64,000 nucleotides of DNA. It comes from Marsupella aquatica (Eukaryota > Plantae > Marchantiophyta). The first letter of the stretch is position 1, and every line of letters begins with the position of its first letter. Made by a program: the position numbers and the translations under genes. Positions 48,799 through 63,039 of this stretch are shown here, piece by piece. The stretch lies in NCBI GenBank assembly GCA_973895155.1, contig OZ316896.1:310001-374000 (forward strand). Direction: 5' to 3'. The notes under the pieces are model-generated. The model made no database searches. It was not told the origin of the DNA and saw nothing but the letters and a program-made list of their open reading frames with translations.

Positions 48799-50752
48799 CG
48801 GAGTCGAATTCGCGCTTCCTTCAGGAATTGGCAGCGTCGCGGTTCTCTTCTTCTTGGGCGGACGCGGTTCAGTTCAGAACTATTTCGGTCCACGCCGCAG
48901 CCACTAGAACAGTGGAACGAGCTGGAGCTGGAGATGAAATGCGAGGAGCGGAGGCACCGATTAGGTCAAGAGGCTGACGAGCACAGGAAATCTTCCTCGT
49001 GAGACCAACTGCTGCAGAACGAGCACCAGAAAGACGAAGTGAAATGAAATCCTCTTTACCATCATCAACGAGGCACAAGCAAAAGAACTTGACAACGGGC
49101 TCAGAACGAGGAACCGAACCTCACATGGAAGCGGAAACAATTACGGTACTCGACGAAGTGGAGAACCGTTGCACGGTCTGCCTTCACCAATGAAGAGAGC
49201 AGGCTCACAAGAGGAGGGGAGGATAGGAGAGGAGAGGACTATCCAGTCAGCTTTGCCTGAATGCACCCTCCATAAGTGCAAGTTTTGGTGTTCTGCAAGA
49301 ATCAACCGTTTTGCACTTTTTATAAGAGTCCTGAGTTCGTCATTAGATGACAAAAAACACGTGTATACACACTTATTCATAAGGGTTTTTATTTAGTTCT
49401 GTGCACTAGTAAAGAGACCAGTTGGGGATAATAAATTTCATTTTTGGCACTGTTTTGCCAAAACCGCTACTGCACCATTTGACACTGTTCAGAAACACAC
49501 CATCCTAGCACGCCAGCACACCAGATTTTCTTCCCGGCATGGCAGACTTGGAGTGCGCCAAGGTCCTGCATGCTACCTTGCTTTCCTATTCAAACAGTTG
49601 AAATGCTCGGTTCTTTTGCATTTGGTTCTGGTCCACTTTGGACCTCTTTGCTTGTTGTTTTGTACTAGGTTTGACACTTTCTGTAAAAAGTTTGTTGTGG
49701 CTTATAAACAAATTTTAAAAAAAATTACGAGTTTGTACTCATCGTACTGTTTCTCTGCTGCTTTGATGACCTTGCATGCTAGAACTCCGCTTTGGGTGGG
49801 GAGTGCTGGCCGCCCACAAGTATCCTACTCACCAATGCACCCACTACGCACCGTGGTACTGTGTCACAAATGGCACCATGGGTGGGAATATTATTATCAT
49901 AACTGTCAATTCTCTGATCATATTGTATATTGCTACACTTGTGCAATAGGGTACATGGTTTTTAGGGACAGATGATGACCTCATCACAAAATGCAATCAC
50001 AAGAATTCACAAGCATTTATCTATAAGTGCAAGATCATCAACGGCTGCACTTATAGATAAGTAATTGCCATTGTCCTTGAAGCATAGGGCAAACAAAATA
50101 GAACACTTTTTTAGTTTCTTAAGAACAATTATCACTAATTATTATCGTAACCTGGATCCACCAGATTTGCTTACTGGCGGTCGAAGTGATTATCTGCAAC
50201 TGTTTCCGAAGAGTGTGCACTTAGAAACGCTAGACTGTACCAAATGACAGGTATAAACTGCAGTACAGTGGGGACAAGCGACTGGAGGATAGTGGGGCCG
50301 AGCGACTCCGAGCGAGTGGCAGAGCGGGGTTGAGTATCCATAATGATGCGTAGAGGATATCACTTTTTATTCCACTGAAAAGTGCAATATTATTGTACTC
50401 CATGTATTCGTAGAAAGGTCTGTCCGTAACCGTAGAGTCTCGAGATAGACGGTTCGCATGAATAACCTTTTCTTGGGGATAGTGTTTTCTAAAACAATTT
50501 GACCGAATGAAAATTTTACCATACCAATAATATTCGGATGGGTGGACCCACACTCAAATCCACTGTCATCTACACAGACAACACGTTTTGGCTTTCCAGA
50601 CCACACAAAGAAGATTTTTCAATAGAATTTGCACCACAAAAAACTTAGGATTTTGTTTTGTGAGCAAAGGTCCCTTTGGCCAACCAAAAGAAGCATATTC
50701 CTGAAATCGAAAGATAGGCCATTCAATCTATCCTTCCTGTTGCTACGCAATT

Positions 50753-50910
50753 GAGGTATTTGTTTGATGGGACCCTAATATAAAAAGTTTTACTTGATAG
50801 GACCCTGAGTGATCCAGATGGTAGATTGACCTTGAACCAATTTACCTATACTTCAGGGGTCCTATCAAATAAAGCTGTTAGTTTTGGGATCCCATCAAGC
50901 AAATATCTCC
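50753..50910. mobile_element. ~158-bp foldback MITE, Mutator-like
   Basis: ~55-bp imperfect TIRs (gaggtatttgtttgatgggaccc.. / ..gggatcccatcaagcaaatatctcc); 9-bp flanking repeat TACGCAATT / TGCGCAATT. Confidence 0.75.
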
Positions 50911-52315
50911 TGCGCAATTACTCTCCAAGTTCCTGCCAAGTGAGTTAAACCAAACCTGGAAAGAAGGGAAAAAACTCAAGATGGGAGAATGGAAGGTTAT
51001 GAAACTTTAGGGTCCAATTTTATTTAGTGGTCATCTCAATCATTGAGAAGACTTGGCCTCCAATTTTTCTAAGTTTTAAATATTTAGACTGTTTGTGTGC
51101 AAAGAGCTTTTCATTACATTTAAAATCCCTTGGGTTCCATTTTAAGATGGTTTAAACCTCGAGTTCCTCTTTCCATTTAGGTGGTAAGAGACTGAATTCA
51201 CACATATCATCTAAAAGAAGAAAGAATGGCCAATCTTTAGCTTTTGTGCCATCAGATGGGGACCCTCCTTCAGCTGTAGATGTTGAATGCTAAATTGCGA
51301 CTGTCCACCATAGAATCCATAGATTCCTCATCATAGGAGTAATGACATTTCTTGCAAGATGTATAAGTTGATCTGTTATTGCCCTTCAATTGAAGGCAAA
51401 TTATCTATAATCACAAAGAGTTCACCATCACTCTTAATGGAATGAGATCCACCAATTTCCAAAGTGCCAAATGGACATCATGTTCTTAGTGAGGTCAACT
51501 AGGTGTTTGACCTTTGCAAGGTCACTAACTATATGAAGGGCCATATATCACGTGCAATAGTTTGGGTTATTTATGATCCCCCTTAGTCACTTTAAATAAA
51601 TTTGTATGACACCAACAATATGATAATAGATATGCATTTTTCAATTTAAAAACCCTATATTTGCACTAACACCCTAACAAGTCTTTGATTCTCAAAATGA
51701 TTTAAATGATCCTATATTTTGTCGCACATGATGTGTCACTTCCGTGAACATGATCCCCCTGACTAACATATGTAAGTTTTTTCACAACACTGTCAAATAT
51801 CCGGAATTTTACAAACCCTATTTCATTAATCATTGAGCAATAGCACTTATTCACATGAAAGACATCAACATTGCACAATGCCACAATAGCAAAGCAAGAA
51901 CACAAATTTCAAAAAAATATTGCCTTCGGTGATTTCCTACTCCAAACAACTTTGTAACAGCATATTGCCGACCAATTCGCCACTCCAAACAGACTGCCAT
52001 TCCCTCTGCACAACAACTAGCCTCCATCCCTGCAGTAGTGGCTGGCCTCCATAGCAATGCTGATCAAGGTTTGCCCTGTGACCTGTCCTAAAGTGAAATA
52101 TTTGTATGAGCCCTTGCCTGCATCCTGGTCCTCCTTTAACCCCACCACGTACGTCAACTTTCGAGCGCTCTAATCTCATTGGTCAAACACAACAAATGGT
52201 AATCACACTGCTAATTTGTGATTATGTGAATTAATCACAATCTTGGTCGTCCGATACGGGGGAGATTCAATCTTCCCCAGTCCCTCCAAACTCACCCCCG
52301 GCTTCGGCTGGTCAT

Positions 52316-55300
52316 TGTTAGATATTGCTCTAGTCTTGTGACTCATGAGCTAACCACAGTTAGGCTAACTCGGGTTAGGACCTAGCTAATGTTAGCGGTA
52401 GTGCTGTTGTGGCTCTGCCCTCGTTGGACCTAGTTCGTTCGCGCCGTATGTCCTAAGATTATTGTAGAAACTTTTTATTTGGATGATCATATCTTTCGGG
52501 TATTCCATGAATTAGACTAAGAAGCAAACAAGGAACCTATTATGCCACATATCCTTTCAAGATTAACTCGATTTAGCCCTTATTTATTACTCTCTCTTGT
52601 AGGTGCTACTCTCCCTCATTGTGTTACTATTAGACGAATAGCCTCAGTTGGTTTTTTTAATTTTCTTTTGTTATTACGCCCATGCCTGTCAAAAAATTAG
52701 AAGCCAGATCAAGTAATTCCATTCCTTCCTAATTAATTTGAATTGGGTAAATACTACTGCTGAGTTTTCTATAGCAATCCTACTTGCTTGGATTTTCCCA
52801 ATTATTTGATTTTTGATTAGTGGTTTATATGCGCCTCTCACTATGGCTCGCACACTGTATGCAGGACGCGGCGGAAAGTAGTCGTCTGCTCAAAGTAGCA
52901 AGTTGACTGAATCTGAGCGTAAACGCGCTCATTCTGAATCCGCTTTAGCTCCTATCCGGGATGTACCACAACCCAACGGAGGGGCGGTACCCCTTTATAA
53001 CTGGCTCCTGGCTTAGACCGGGGGGCTGTATTAAGCCAGGGCTGATGCAAGACCCTGGTGGAACTTAGGCTCATTGTTACAGAGCTAGTTGAGAGATAGG
53101 GAGAGCTTGTGCTGTGGATGCTTGGTATGGCCGGTTGACCTAGAGTGCAGTAAAGCTCTTGTGTGTTCCCGTGAACGTAGCCTCATGTGAAGGTGAACCA
53201 CGTATCTCTGTGTTGACTCTTGTGCGTTGGATGGTTCATGGGCTTGCCGTTGCGAATGTCGTCTATGCTCAACAAGTGGTATCAGAGCATGCCTGGGAGG
53301 TGACAAGGTTTTTTCGTGACAGGTCTTTCCAACGTTCATTGTCGATGGTACATTCAGAGTTTCGTTGCATGAAACTCGAATGTGTGTGGCTGAGCGGATA
53401 GGTTAGTGAGAGGGCATTCTAATGGTGGTTAGAACTTGCTGATTGGTATCCGTGGTGCGGAGGAATTGAAGTTTGTGTCGTTCAAGGTTTATTCGTGTTC
53501 GACGGCTTTTCCGGGGAGAGACCAGAGTTCGCATTTTTCAATGGTGTGAGCTATGTGGTACGGGAGAGATCGCACATTATAGCTCAAGTTGAAGGTTGAA
53601 GCGAGCTGGTCGTTTCAGTAGCTGAGTTGTTGCCGAGTGCGACGTGACGAGTGATGGAGGCGTTCAGGTTTTTTCACAAGCTATGGAGCTTGTTCCCATC
53701 TGAACTGGGTTTGTCTTTGTGACATCCGACTCGGTGGAAGAAACGCAAAGTGATACGGCTCAACGGTTTGATCGCGGCGAGGCGGTTGTTTTGAGCCTGG
53801 GATTGGCACTTGACGCGGAGTGAAGGCAACGCGACGGAATTTTTTTACTCTGCTGGAGCTGTAGACAATGCCGGTGCAATTCGGCAACTTTTTCCGTCGG
53901 TGGCGTTCACTTTTCTTGTTGGAAACAACGGCTTTTCAAGTGAGTTTTTCATTATTTTTCCCGGGGGGAGTTTTTTGAGTTTAAGGGGGTTTGTAACCAC
54001 TTGTGTGTGTTTATGCACACACAATCGTGTGTAATACACACACGATCATGTGTGTACAAACACACGACCCTCCCGCCCCCTTGCACTCCCATTTTTTGTG
54101 GCGCAGAGCCCGCCGGCGCATAAGCTGCCGCTCGACAGCTGCCCGCCCCACGCCCTCCCGCCTTACAACCCTGTTGTGCCCGAGGAGCGCCTTGCCACCC
54201 CTCGCGCCCCTCGTGCTGCCGTGTGGAACGAGCCAGGGGCTCCCTCCGGCCGTCCGTTTCTTCCCCCCCACCTCCTCGCCCGTTCCTCCTTAGTTACGGC
54301 TCGCGACCACAATACATACACGGTTGCGTACTCAGCCGCCCGGGTATGCGCCCGACAATACGCCCCCACGGTATCGATCCCCGACCCCATACGCGGTATA
54401 TATTGGATTTAAGGGACATTGCACCCCATTTAGGGGCCTTTTTTACTCTATTTTTCCTTCTTCCTTTGTTCCCTCTTGTGCTGGGACCTGCCGCCCTCCG
54501 TTTTAACCGCTCCAATAGGGGGAACGGCCCCCTGTGAGACCTGTTGGACTATGTGGGAATATTCCCAAAAAACAAAGAGCTGTTTTTTGGCCGTCCGACA
54601 AAGGTTTTGTCCGCCAAAAGGTAACTTTTTTGGTTCTTTTTTGGCGAGGACGTTGCCACTGGAGTTAGCAACGCGGCGCACCGATCACATTGCAATTCTG
54701 ACGACAGTTTGTACTTGGTATTTTGGTTATTCTCCGAGGTGGTCAAAATGGGGGAGTTTCCCAAGGTTTTACCCACCTTGACCAAAATTTGAATAACTTT
54801 TCCGTCGAATTTTGATTTTGATTTTGGCTTTCAGTATTGGACTCCTAGCTTCATGGGCTACGCGACGGTGTTGAGTTTTGAGTTTTATAAGTAGTTTTGG
54901 AAAAATATGTTTTTTTGTGATTGTTTTATATGAGTGACTTGGAGAATACTGGAAGAATTGGCGTCGGTGGAGCTTCAGGATCGCGACGATTAGACGGTGA
55001 GTCTGAGGAGGAGCTGCTACCGTTTGAGGAGGAACTAGTATCACCGGTACAATCACCAGTGCGGCATGTAGTGGAGGAAGCTGTTCTACTACCAGAGCTG
55101 TCGGTAGTGGGAAAGAAGAGGAAGATGGCTAGATTTGGAGGAGTGAAGTTTGAGGTGGAGAAGTACGATGGTCGTACTGATTACTTGCTGTGGGAGAAGC
55201 AAGTGAAGGGTGTTCTTCGGGCCATGGGCTTAGCTCATTTGCTCTCTTTGCAAGAGCAGTATGATGGAGAAGAGGAGATTTCAGAGAAGCAGTGGAGACG

Positions 55301-58300
55301 GGAGCAGGTGATTACTGTCAATGCAGTGATGCTATATCTCAAGCCGCACATCATCAAGAAGTTGGATGATTATGCGGATTGCGCATCACTATTCAAGGCC
55401 CTTAGAGAGAAGTACTATCGGGAAGATGCGTTAGACCGGCTATACAAGAAGTCTTTCTTGATGAGCCTCAGGCTCAAGGAAGGGAGCAAGTTGCAGGATC
55501 ACCTGGATGAATTTGATAGTCTAGCGGTGGATCTGTCAAACGTGGGAAAAGGAGTTGAAGATGAGGATAAGGCCTTGCTTCTGCTAAGCTCCTTACCGCC
55601 GTCATGTCAAGGCTTGAAACAGGTGCTTTTGTATAGAGATCTGAAGTCCATTTTGTATAATGAGGTGGTGAGCTCTTTACTGTCTGACAGCATCTTCTTC
55701 TGGCACTGCGCTGAACATGAACGGTGGAAGAGCAACGCAATGCACAAATGGGCAGAACAGATTTAGATCTACATCACGAGGGAGATCTAAATCCAGAGGG
55801 AAATTGCAAGAGAGGAAGCCTCTTGCATGTTGGAATTGTGGCAAGCCTTGCCACATGAAAAGGGATTGTCGAGTTTAACCCTAAACCCTAAACCCTAAAC
55901 CCTATTGCATCTGCTAACGCGGCATCGAGCTCGCATGAGGTAGATTTACTCGATGATCATGACATATTGTGATGCCAAGGTTATGCTCTCAACGTAGTGT
56001 CAAATCCAGGTAGTGATGACTGGAATCTAGATAGTGCATGTATCTTTCACATTTGCTCTAGGAGAGATTTTTTCAGTTCTTACACGGTTTCCAACGGGTC
56101 AGTGTTGATGGGAAATGGAATCCCATGTTCAGATGTTTGATGGTGCTGTGAGAACGTTGAGGAATGTAAGACATATTCCCAGCATGATAAAAATCTCGTT
56201 TCACTTGGAGTTTTAGAAGCAAATGGCCATCAATGGAGTTCTGCTAATGGTGTCTTTTAGGTTTCAACTGGTACTAAATTTGTATTGAAGGGAAAGAGAC
56301 ATAACAATCTATACGTTTTGGAGGGCAGTGTAGTCTGTGATGAAGCCAATGTAACCTTATCTCTTGAGGAGACGGCCCAGTTGTGAAACTTTTGTTTGGG
56401 CCACATGAGTGAAAAAGGTTTGGTATTCTTCAGAAGAAATGATTACTTTTTAATTTGCAGTCTTGTAAGTTGGAATTCTGTGAGCACTGTGTGCTTGGGA
56501 AGCAGCACAGGAAACCCTTTGGAGTTGGAACTCACACCAGCAAGGAGATACTTGAGTATGTATATAGTGATGTGTGGGGTCCAGCCCCTACTCCCTCACA
56601 TTCTGGACGGTTATACTATGTCACGTTCATTGACGATTACTCAAGGTATGTGTGGATATACTTTCTACATAGTAAGTCTAATGTTTTTGCCACTTTTAAT
56701 GAGTGGAAAGCCCAAGTTTAAAATCAGACTGGTAATAAGGTGAGATATCTTCGATCGGATAACAATGATGAATACAATTCCAGGGAATTTGGAACGTATT
56801 GTAAGGAGCAGGGGATTACCCACCATCTCACAACAAGTTATACTCCTCAATAGAACAGTGTTTCTGAGAGACTCAACCAAATATTATTGGACCGCTCGAG
56901 GAGTATGTTGAGTCAATCATGCTTACCACATGAGTTTTGGACTGAAGCTGTCAACACTGCAGCTTATTTGGTAATTTTTTCCCCATTCAGTTTTATTGGA
57001 TTCAAGACGCCATTTGAAATGAGGTACGGGCGTCCAACAGATTATTCACATCTGAGGATTTTTGGATGTGATGCTTATGTGCTTACACCTTCCCAGCTTC
57101 AATCCAAGCTGGAGTCCAAGTCAAAAACATGCATTTTCCTTGGCTATCAGAAAGGTATGAAGTGTTATAGGTTATGGGATCCAGTAACCTGTAAGCTAAT
57201 TGTCAGTAGAGATATGCCCTTTAATGAATCCAGATCATCAAAGGAGGGGGAGAGTTCTCAAGACTCCCATACTGACAAGGGGAAATCTCTCATCCCGGAC
57301 CTGGTTGAGGGGGAGATTAGTCATGATGTTGTTCATGACACAAGAGATGGAGAAGCTTCAGGCTTGGAGCTGGTTCTTGTGTTGGAACAAGAGGAGCAGA
57401 TTGTTGCTGGGGTACCTCAAATTCAACCAGCAGCAGGAGATCAGTCTGAGTCATCTACTAGAAGAACTTCCAGTCGTTCTACTAGAGCTCCTACCAGGTA
57501 TGGTCAATGGGCAAACTGATCTAAGCTAGATAATATTGACATTACACCTGATGATGATATGGCTTTGATCTTGGAAGAAGGAGAGCCTTCTTCGTACAGT
57601 GAGGCTTGTGCTTCAGAGGAGAAGCATGAGTGGAATGCAACAATGCAAAGGGAGTTGCAATCTTTGAGTGACAACAAGACATGGGAGCTGGTGGAGCTTC
57701 CAAGAGGTCATCAAGTGGTGGACAACAAATGGATTTACAAGTTGAAGAACAGTCTTTCAGAGAGTGGAGATCTCGGGGGTCTCACTACATGGGGACCTCC
57801 CCATCACCTGCGACGTTTTTAGGCCTCGGACCCCCTAAAATGTAAGAAAAATTGATTATTTTTAACCCTTATAAAGTTGGATTAAAAAGACCCTAATATT
57901 CTTATAAGTCTTAAAATTGAATTTAAAAGACCCCATTGTTCTTCTACAAAAATTCTTAAGTCTTCCCTTACAACCAATAAAATGACCCTATCCTTCGTCG
58001 CACGTGATATGCCATTTTTGTGGAAGTGAAACCCCCAAGGTGGAGATAAAATCTACAAGGCAAGGCTTGTTGCCAAGGGATTCACTCAAGAGAAAGGAGT
58101 GGATTACAATGAGGTCTTTTCACCGGTGGCTAGCTAAGTATTCCACAATTCGGATCTTGTGTCAACTTGTTGTGTTTTTTGGTCTCGTGATGGATTAGAT
58201 GGATGTTGTTACTACTTTTCTCTATGACAACTTGGAAGAGATGATCTTCATGAGACAACCACTAGGCTTTATGAAGAAGGGCCAAGAGAACTTAGTTTGC

Positions 58301-59983
58301 AGATTGCTCAAGTCCTTGTATGGATTGAAACAATCTCCCAGACAGTGGAACAAGTGGTTTGATGATTTCATGTTTGCTCAAAGTTTTACAAGGATGGTGT
58401 ATGATCCTTGTGTGTATACAAAATTAGTAAAAAATGATGTATTTGGTTTCATCATTCTGGTTATCTATGTGGATGATATGCTGATTGTGGCTAAAGATCA
58501 ATCTAAGGTTGACAAACTCAAGGAAAAATTGAGTTCTGAATTCAGGATGAAGGATCTTGGTAAGGCCAAGGGGATCTTAGGGATGGAGATTTTTAGGAAC
58601 TCTGATACTGGACAATTGTGCTTGAGTCAAGGCCAGTATGCGAGGAAAGTACTTGCACAATTCAACATGGAAAACTGTAAGCCAGTGAGTATTCCTTTAG
58701 CTTCACATTTCAAGTTATCATCGACTTTCTCTCCTATAGATGCTGTGGAGAAAGGTCTGATGGCTAAGATTCCTTATGAGAAGGCAGTAGGCAGTCTGAT
58801 GTATTTGATGACTTGTACTAGGCCTGACTTGGCCCTAGCGATGGGCAAGGTTAGCAGATTCATGTCAAATCCAAGGAAGATACATTGGGAAGCTATGAAA
58901 TGGATTCTCAGGTATGTGAAGGGAACACACGACTATGGATTACAATTTGATGCCAAATCAGATAAAACGTTAGTTGGCTATGTAGATTCTGACTATGGAG
59001 GCTGTCTGGATACAAGGAGGTCTACAACTGGGTTTGTATTTACTCTTGGAGGAGGATGTATCAGTTGGAAATCTACCTTGCAGAAGTGTATATCTCAGTC
59101 TACTATAGAAGCAGAGTATGTTGCAGCAGCAGAAGCAGCAAAGGAAGAAATTTGGTTGGACAAGTTGATCGCAGAGATGGGTTTAGAGCATGGCAAAATG
59201 ACTCTAAACTGTGATAGTCAGAGTGCTCTTCACTTGGCTGCTAACCAGGTGATGGATAGCAGGGTAAAGCACATTGATATCAGGTACCATTTTATCAGGC
59301 AAGCAGTGTCTGATAAAACTTTTGAGCTAGTCAAGATTGATGGAAAGCTCAATCCCGTTGATGCCTTTACCAAGGTGATTCCTTTGAATAGTTTCTCAAG
59401 ACACTGTGCTACTTTGCAGGTTTTGCAGTTGTAGTGCAAGTAGAGTTATTTAGCAATGTGACTATTTGTATATGGATTACTCATTCCTGTTTGGCTACCG
59501 CTTAGTTCTAGTTAACCCTTAGTTAACCCTTGTGGTTTTTAGGGGGAGACCTGGTTTGGTGATTATTTAAAATTTCCCGCTGAGGATTCCATATGGTAGC
59601 ATTTAGTTCAATCCCCAAGACAAGAGTCAAGGGGGAGTTTGTTAGATATTGCTCTAGTCTTGTGACTCATGAGCTAACCACAGTTACGCTAACTTGGGTT
59701 AGGACCTAACTAATGTTAGCGGTAGTGTTGTTGTGTATTAAGCCAGGGCTAATGCAAGAGCCTGGTGGAACTTAGGCTCATTGTTACGGAGCTAGTTGAG
59801 AGATAGGGAGAGCTTGTGCTATGGATGCTTGGTATGGCCGGTTAGCCTAGAGTGCAGTAAAGCTCTTGTGTGTTCCCGTGGACGTAGCCTCATGTGGAGG
59901 TGAACCACGTATCTCTCTGTGTCGACTCTTGTGCGTTGGATGGTTCATGGGCTTGCCGTTGCGAATGTCGTCTATGCTCAACA
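52316..59983 (+). mobile_element. Full-length but non-functional Ty1/copia copy B: 5' LTR 52316-53274 (with insert), PBS 53277-53288, ~1.6-kb leader, gag-PR-INT-RT-RH ~54930-59434, 3' LTR 59640-59983
   Basis: TG..CA 344-bp LTRs; TSD GTCAT/ATCAT (one mismatch); PBS TGGTATCAGAGC (tRNA-iMet); zinc knuckle CWNCGKPCHMKRDC; integrase CEHCVLGK, SDVWGP; RT YVDDM; RNase H KHIDIRYHF; several stops and frameshifts. Confidence 0.95.
57772..58039. mobile_element. 268-bp MITE with 8-bp TSD inserted in the copia RT
   Basis: TIRs CTCGGGGGTCTCACT / AGTGAAACCCCCAAG; TSD GTGGAGAT (57764-57771, 58040-58047); empty site in copia copy A at ~35726. Confidence 0.92.
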
Positions 59984-62900
59984 ATCATGCCATTGTAAGA
60001 ACCTGGTCCCAGTAATGGTGGACCAGACCATGATTACCTTGTACTGAAAACAAGTGGCACTGGTTCACTTTTCTCGATGTGATTATAGAGTAAAACTGAT
60101 TCAAGCAACTAAACTATATATTCATAATCATCCTTCAAACTCAAAGTCTTATGTTTTGCCTACAAAAGTGATAGTAATGTGACTACCGTTGACATAATTG
60201 GACTTCATTTTTGGACTTCATTAATTTGCCAATGTTCATGATTGTTATATACCATGCAGAAAAGGCTACCAATACAAATTAGGTCATGGACCCCTCTTTG
60301 ATGCTTGTGAGAAGACTAATGAATGTTCTCACACAAAGGTTGTTGGCGCTTATTTTCCATGTCTAGCTGAAACAATGAATGTAAACCGAGTAGACCATCA
60401 TGGTGAGACATCTCACCATGGATGCTAGCATGGATGTGAACCGAGCAGACCTCCTTTGTACCTTATTACGCGGGCCTCAATGTCATCTGATGGCACTTCA
60501 AGCTGAACATTCCCAACAACCATTGAAATTAGCTCACAAGGAAACTCATGAATTGGCTCAAGAGGCAAGAGACTTGGTCTAAAAATAATGGCATTTTATC
60601 ATGTTTTTGTGTTAAGCCATTGGTAGTGGTTGAATGAGAAAATGTTTATTAAACCCAAACTTGCACTCCCAAATTTTTGCCCACCCTAACCTTCCACCTG
60701 TCCTCCCCCCGCTCCCCCTCCCTCCCCCCCCACATCTTATCTCACTTTTTTCTTTACTTCCTTATTCTCTTTCATCTGATTGGTTTGATGACGAGGGTCA
60801 TTAGAAAGTTTTGGGAAATCCATTTTTTCTTATATTGATTTAGTAAGTAGGTCTCCAAGCTAGGTAGCAATGTAAAAGTCAGCCCAAACAGTCTTGTTCA
60901 AACAACAAAATTATGGCTAAGATATACTTTTGATGCATCTTAGGATGCTGATGTACCCAAGTAGCACAAAAATAACGTCACAACATCCCCAAAAATAACC
61001 TACTAACTTGAAGAACTTGCTTCAAAGTGCACACCGTCACCATTAATTATCAATATTTGATCTTATTTGACGATCCAATCCGATGACATGCATCCTTTCT
61101 TGCTACTATTGTGCACCACTGTCCACCATACTCTTAGTTAGCAGATAATCGATCAAATGAGTTGATCAATCAGATCAAACCACTAAAGTAAATTATTCTT
61201 GTTTGTTATGTAAAAGAATTAATCAGTGGACCCCCATGCCAAGGAATGTGTGTGATGAAATGAAATTAATTTTAAGCAAGACGATAACCAATGGGTTTGA
61301 GTCTCCTGGTGGTCTAAGTGGTGTGTGCTCGTACAAAGAGAACATTCAAAAGATAGAGGAGATTGATCTGGTTGAGATGATCTCTTTAATTGCTGGTTTA
61401 ACAAATGGAAGGTTGAATGTGGAGGAATTGAGATTTTTTACGGTTTTTGCTTACACATTGGAGAAATCGTGTTTCTACCATTCTTGATTGATCATCTGTG
61501 AGTTACATTGAGCATTACCGTCACAAGACAGATTGGAGTACAACACTCAGTTGTTGGCAAAAGAGAGACTGTTGTTTAGGTGGGAAGAACGCACAAAATA
61601 GACAAGCCATCACTTCACATGAAGGTTTTGTGGTTTTTTTTTATTTAAGAAAGTTACGGTGTGAGGGGGAAGGCAATGATTGTTTCTTCAACATAAAGAC
61701 TGCATTTGACGTCAACTTGTGTTCAAAGTGAGCTTCAGTTGAAGATTGGAGGAACGCGAACAATTAAACCTGGGAAGCAAGCATTGCGGACAACCGATGA
61801 CAATGTAATCAAATAAATCAACTTGCAAAGGCTAAGTTTGTGACAGTGATGAGATTGTGACATCTCTTAATTGTTGAGTTGTCACTTGCCTATCCAACGA
61901 TTAATACGTGCAAACCGTACTTTTCCTTGCTTAAACCGTTGGTATCGTATTACGGGGTCGTGGAGGGATGCTATTTGGAGGATTTCCACACCTAAGGATG
62001 AGTATGTTTGATTCCGCTCCCGGAAGTGTACTTTTTGATCAAGTCTACAGACTGGTCTCTCCGTTTTTGATCAAGTCCAAGGGACTGGTCCTACCATCTA
62101 CAACTCATGCCCGCCGGGTGAGTGCTGTCACCACCCCCCTCCTCTCTTGGGCAAGCATACCAACATTTACAATAAGATTTGAACACTAGTGACAAGGGAA
62201 AATATTTCCACAACGACACCGACCACACGCACTAGGGGAGGAAAACAAACAACACAAGCAACAACAAGTGACGCACAAGATATTGGAATCTCAAGCCAAA
62301 TCCATATCTCTTGGTGTTTCTCGTAACACATGCAAGGACAACCCGACCTCCTGCCGTCTGCCCAACTCCTGCCTCCCGGGGACAAGTGCTACGTTCTCCA
62401 CCTCACTACTCTGGCTTGAACTTCTCCTAATCGGTGCGCTACTCACAAAAGCTACTCCAAAGCATCCAAGTACTACGCTGAGTTCCCCCCCAACTACTTC
62501 GGGGCTCTCCCCCTAAATACCAAAAAAAACCACACCAAAGCACCCCTCATGGGGTCACAACGATGGCGGCTACCCTAGCGGCGCCGCTAAAACCCTGCAC
62601 TAAGAAATCCCTAAACTAAAAAGGCATGCGGCACACACATGCTGCTAAAACCCTAAACCCTAAACAAGGGGCCGACGGTGCCTTCGACGGCGCCCCAACT
62701 GTACACAGTGAACCCTGAAATTGCAAGGCACCCCACAATGGCCGAAACTAGGTGCCCTATTAATTGTACTTTTGAGCTCACCCTTGGATAGCCCTTCTCC
62801 TCCTGATCCCGAAGCACTCAGCCGCACTTGCAATGGACATCGGACGCCTGAGTTATGGTCGTTTTCGTATCGCGAAAACACAATTTCGTTGGGCCATAAC

Positions 62901-63039
62901 TTGCTCATCTTGGCTCCGTTTGAGGAGCGCCGCCTCTTGTTGGAATCAGCTCCGCGAGCTCTTTCCAACAAGCCCGTGAGTGACCCCTCACAAAAAAGTT
63001 GGAAATCCAGAGGCCGTACAACCACATCCGTACGACTAT

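Noticed and set aside
60400-60419. Palindrome atggtgaga-ca-tctcaccat
   Set aside because: Short and isolated, with no supporting context.
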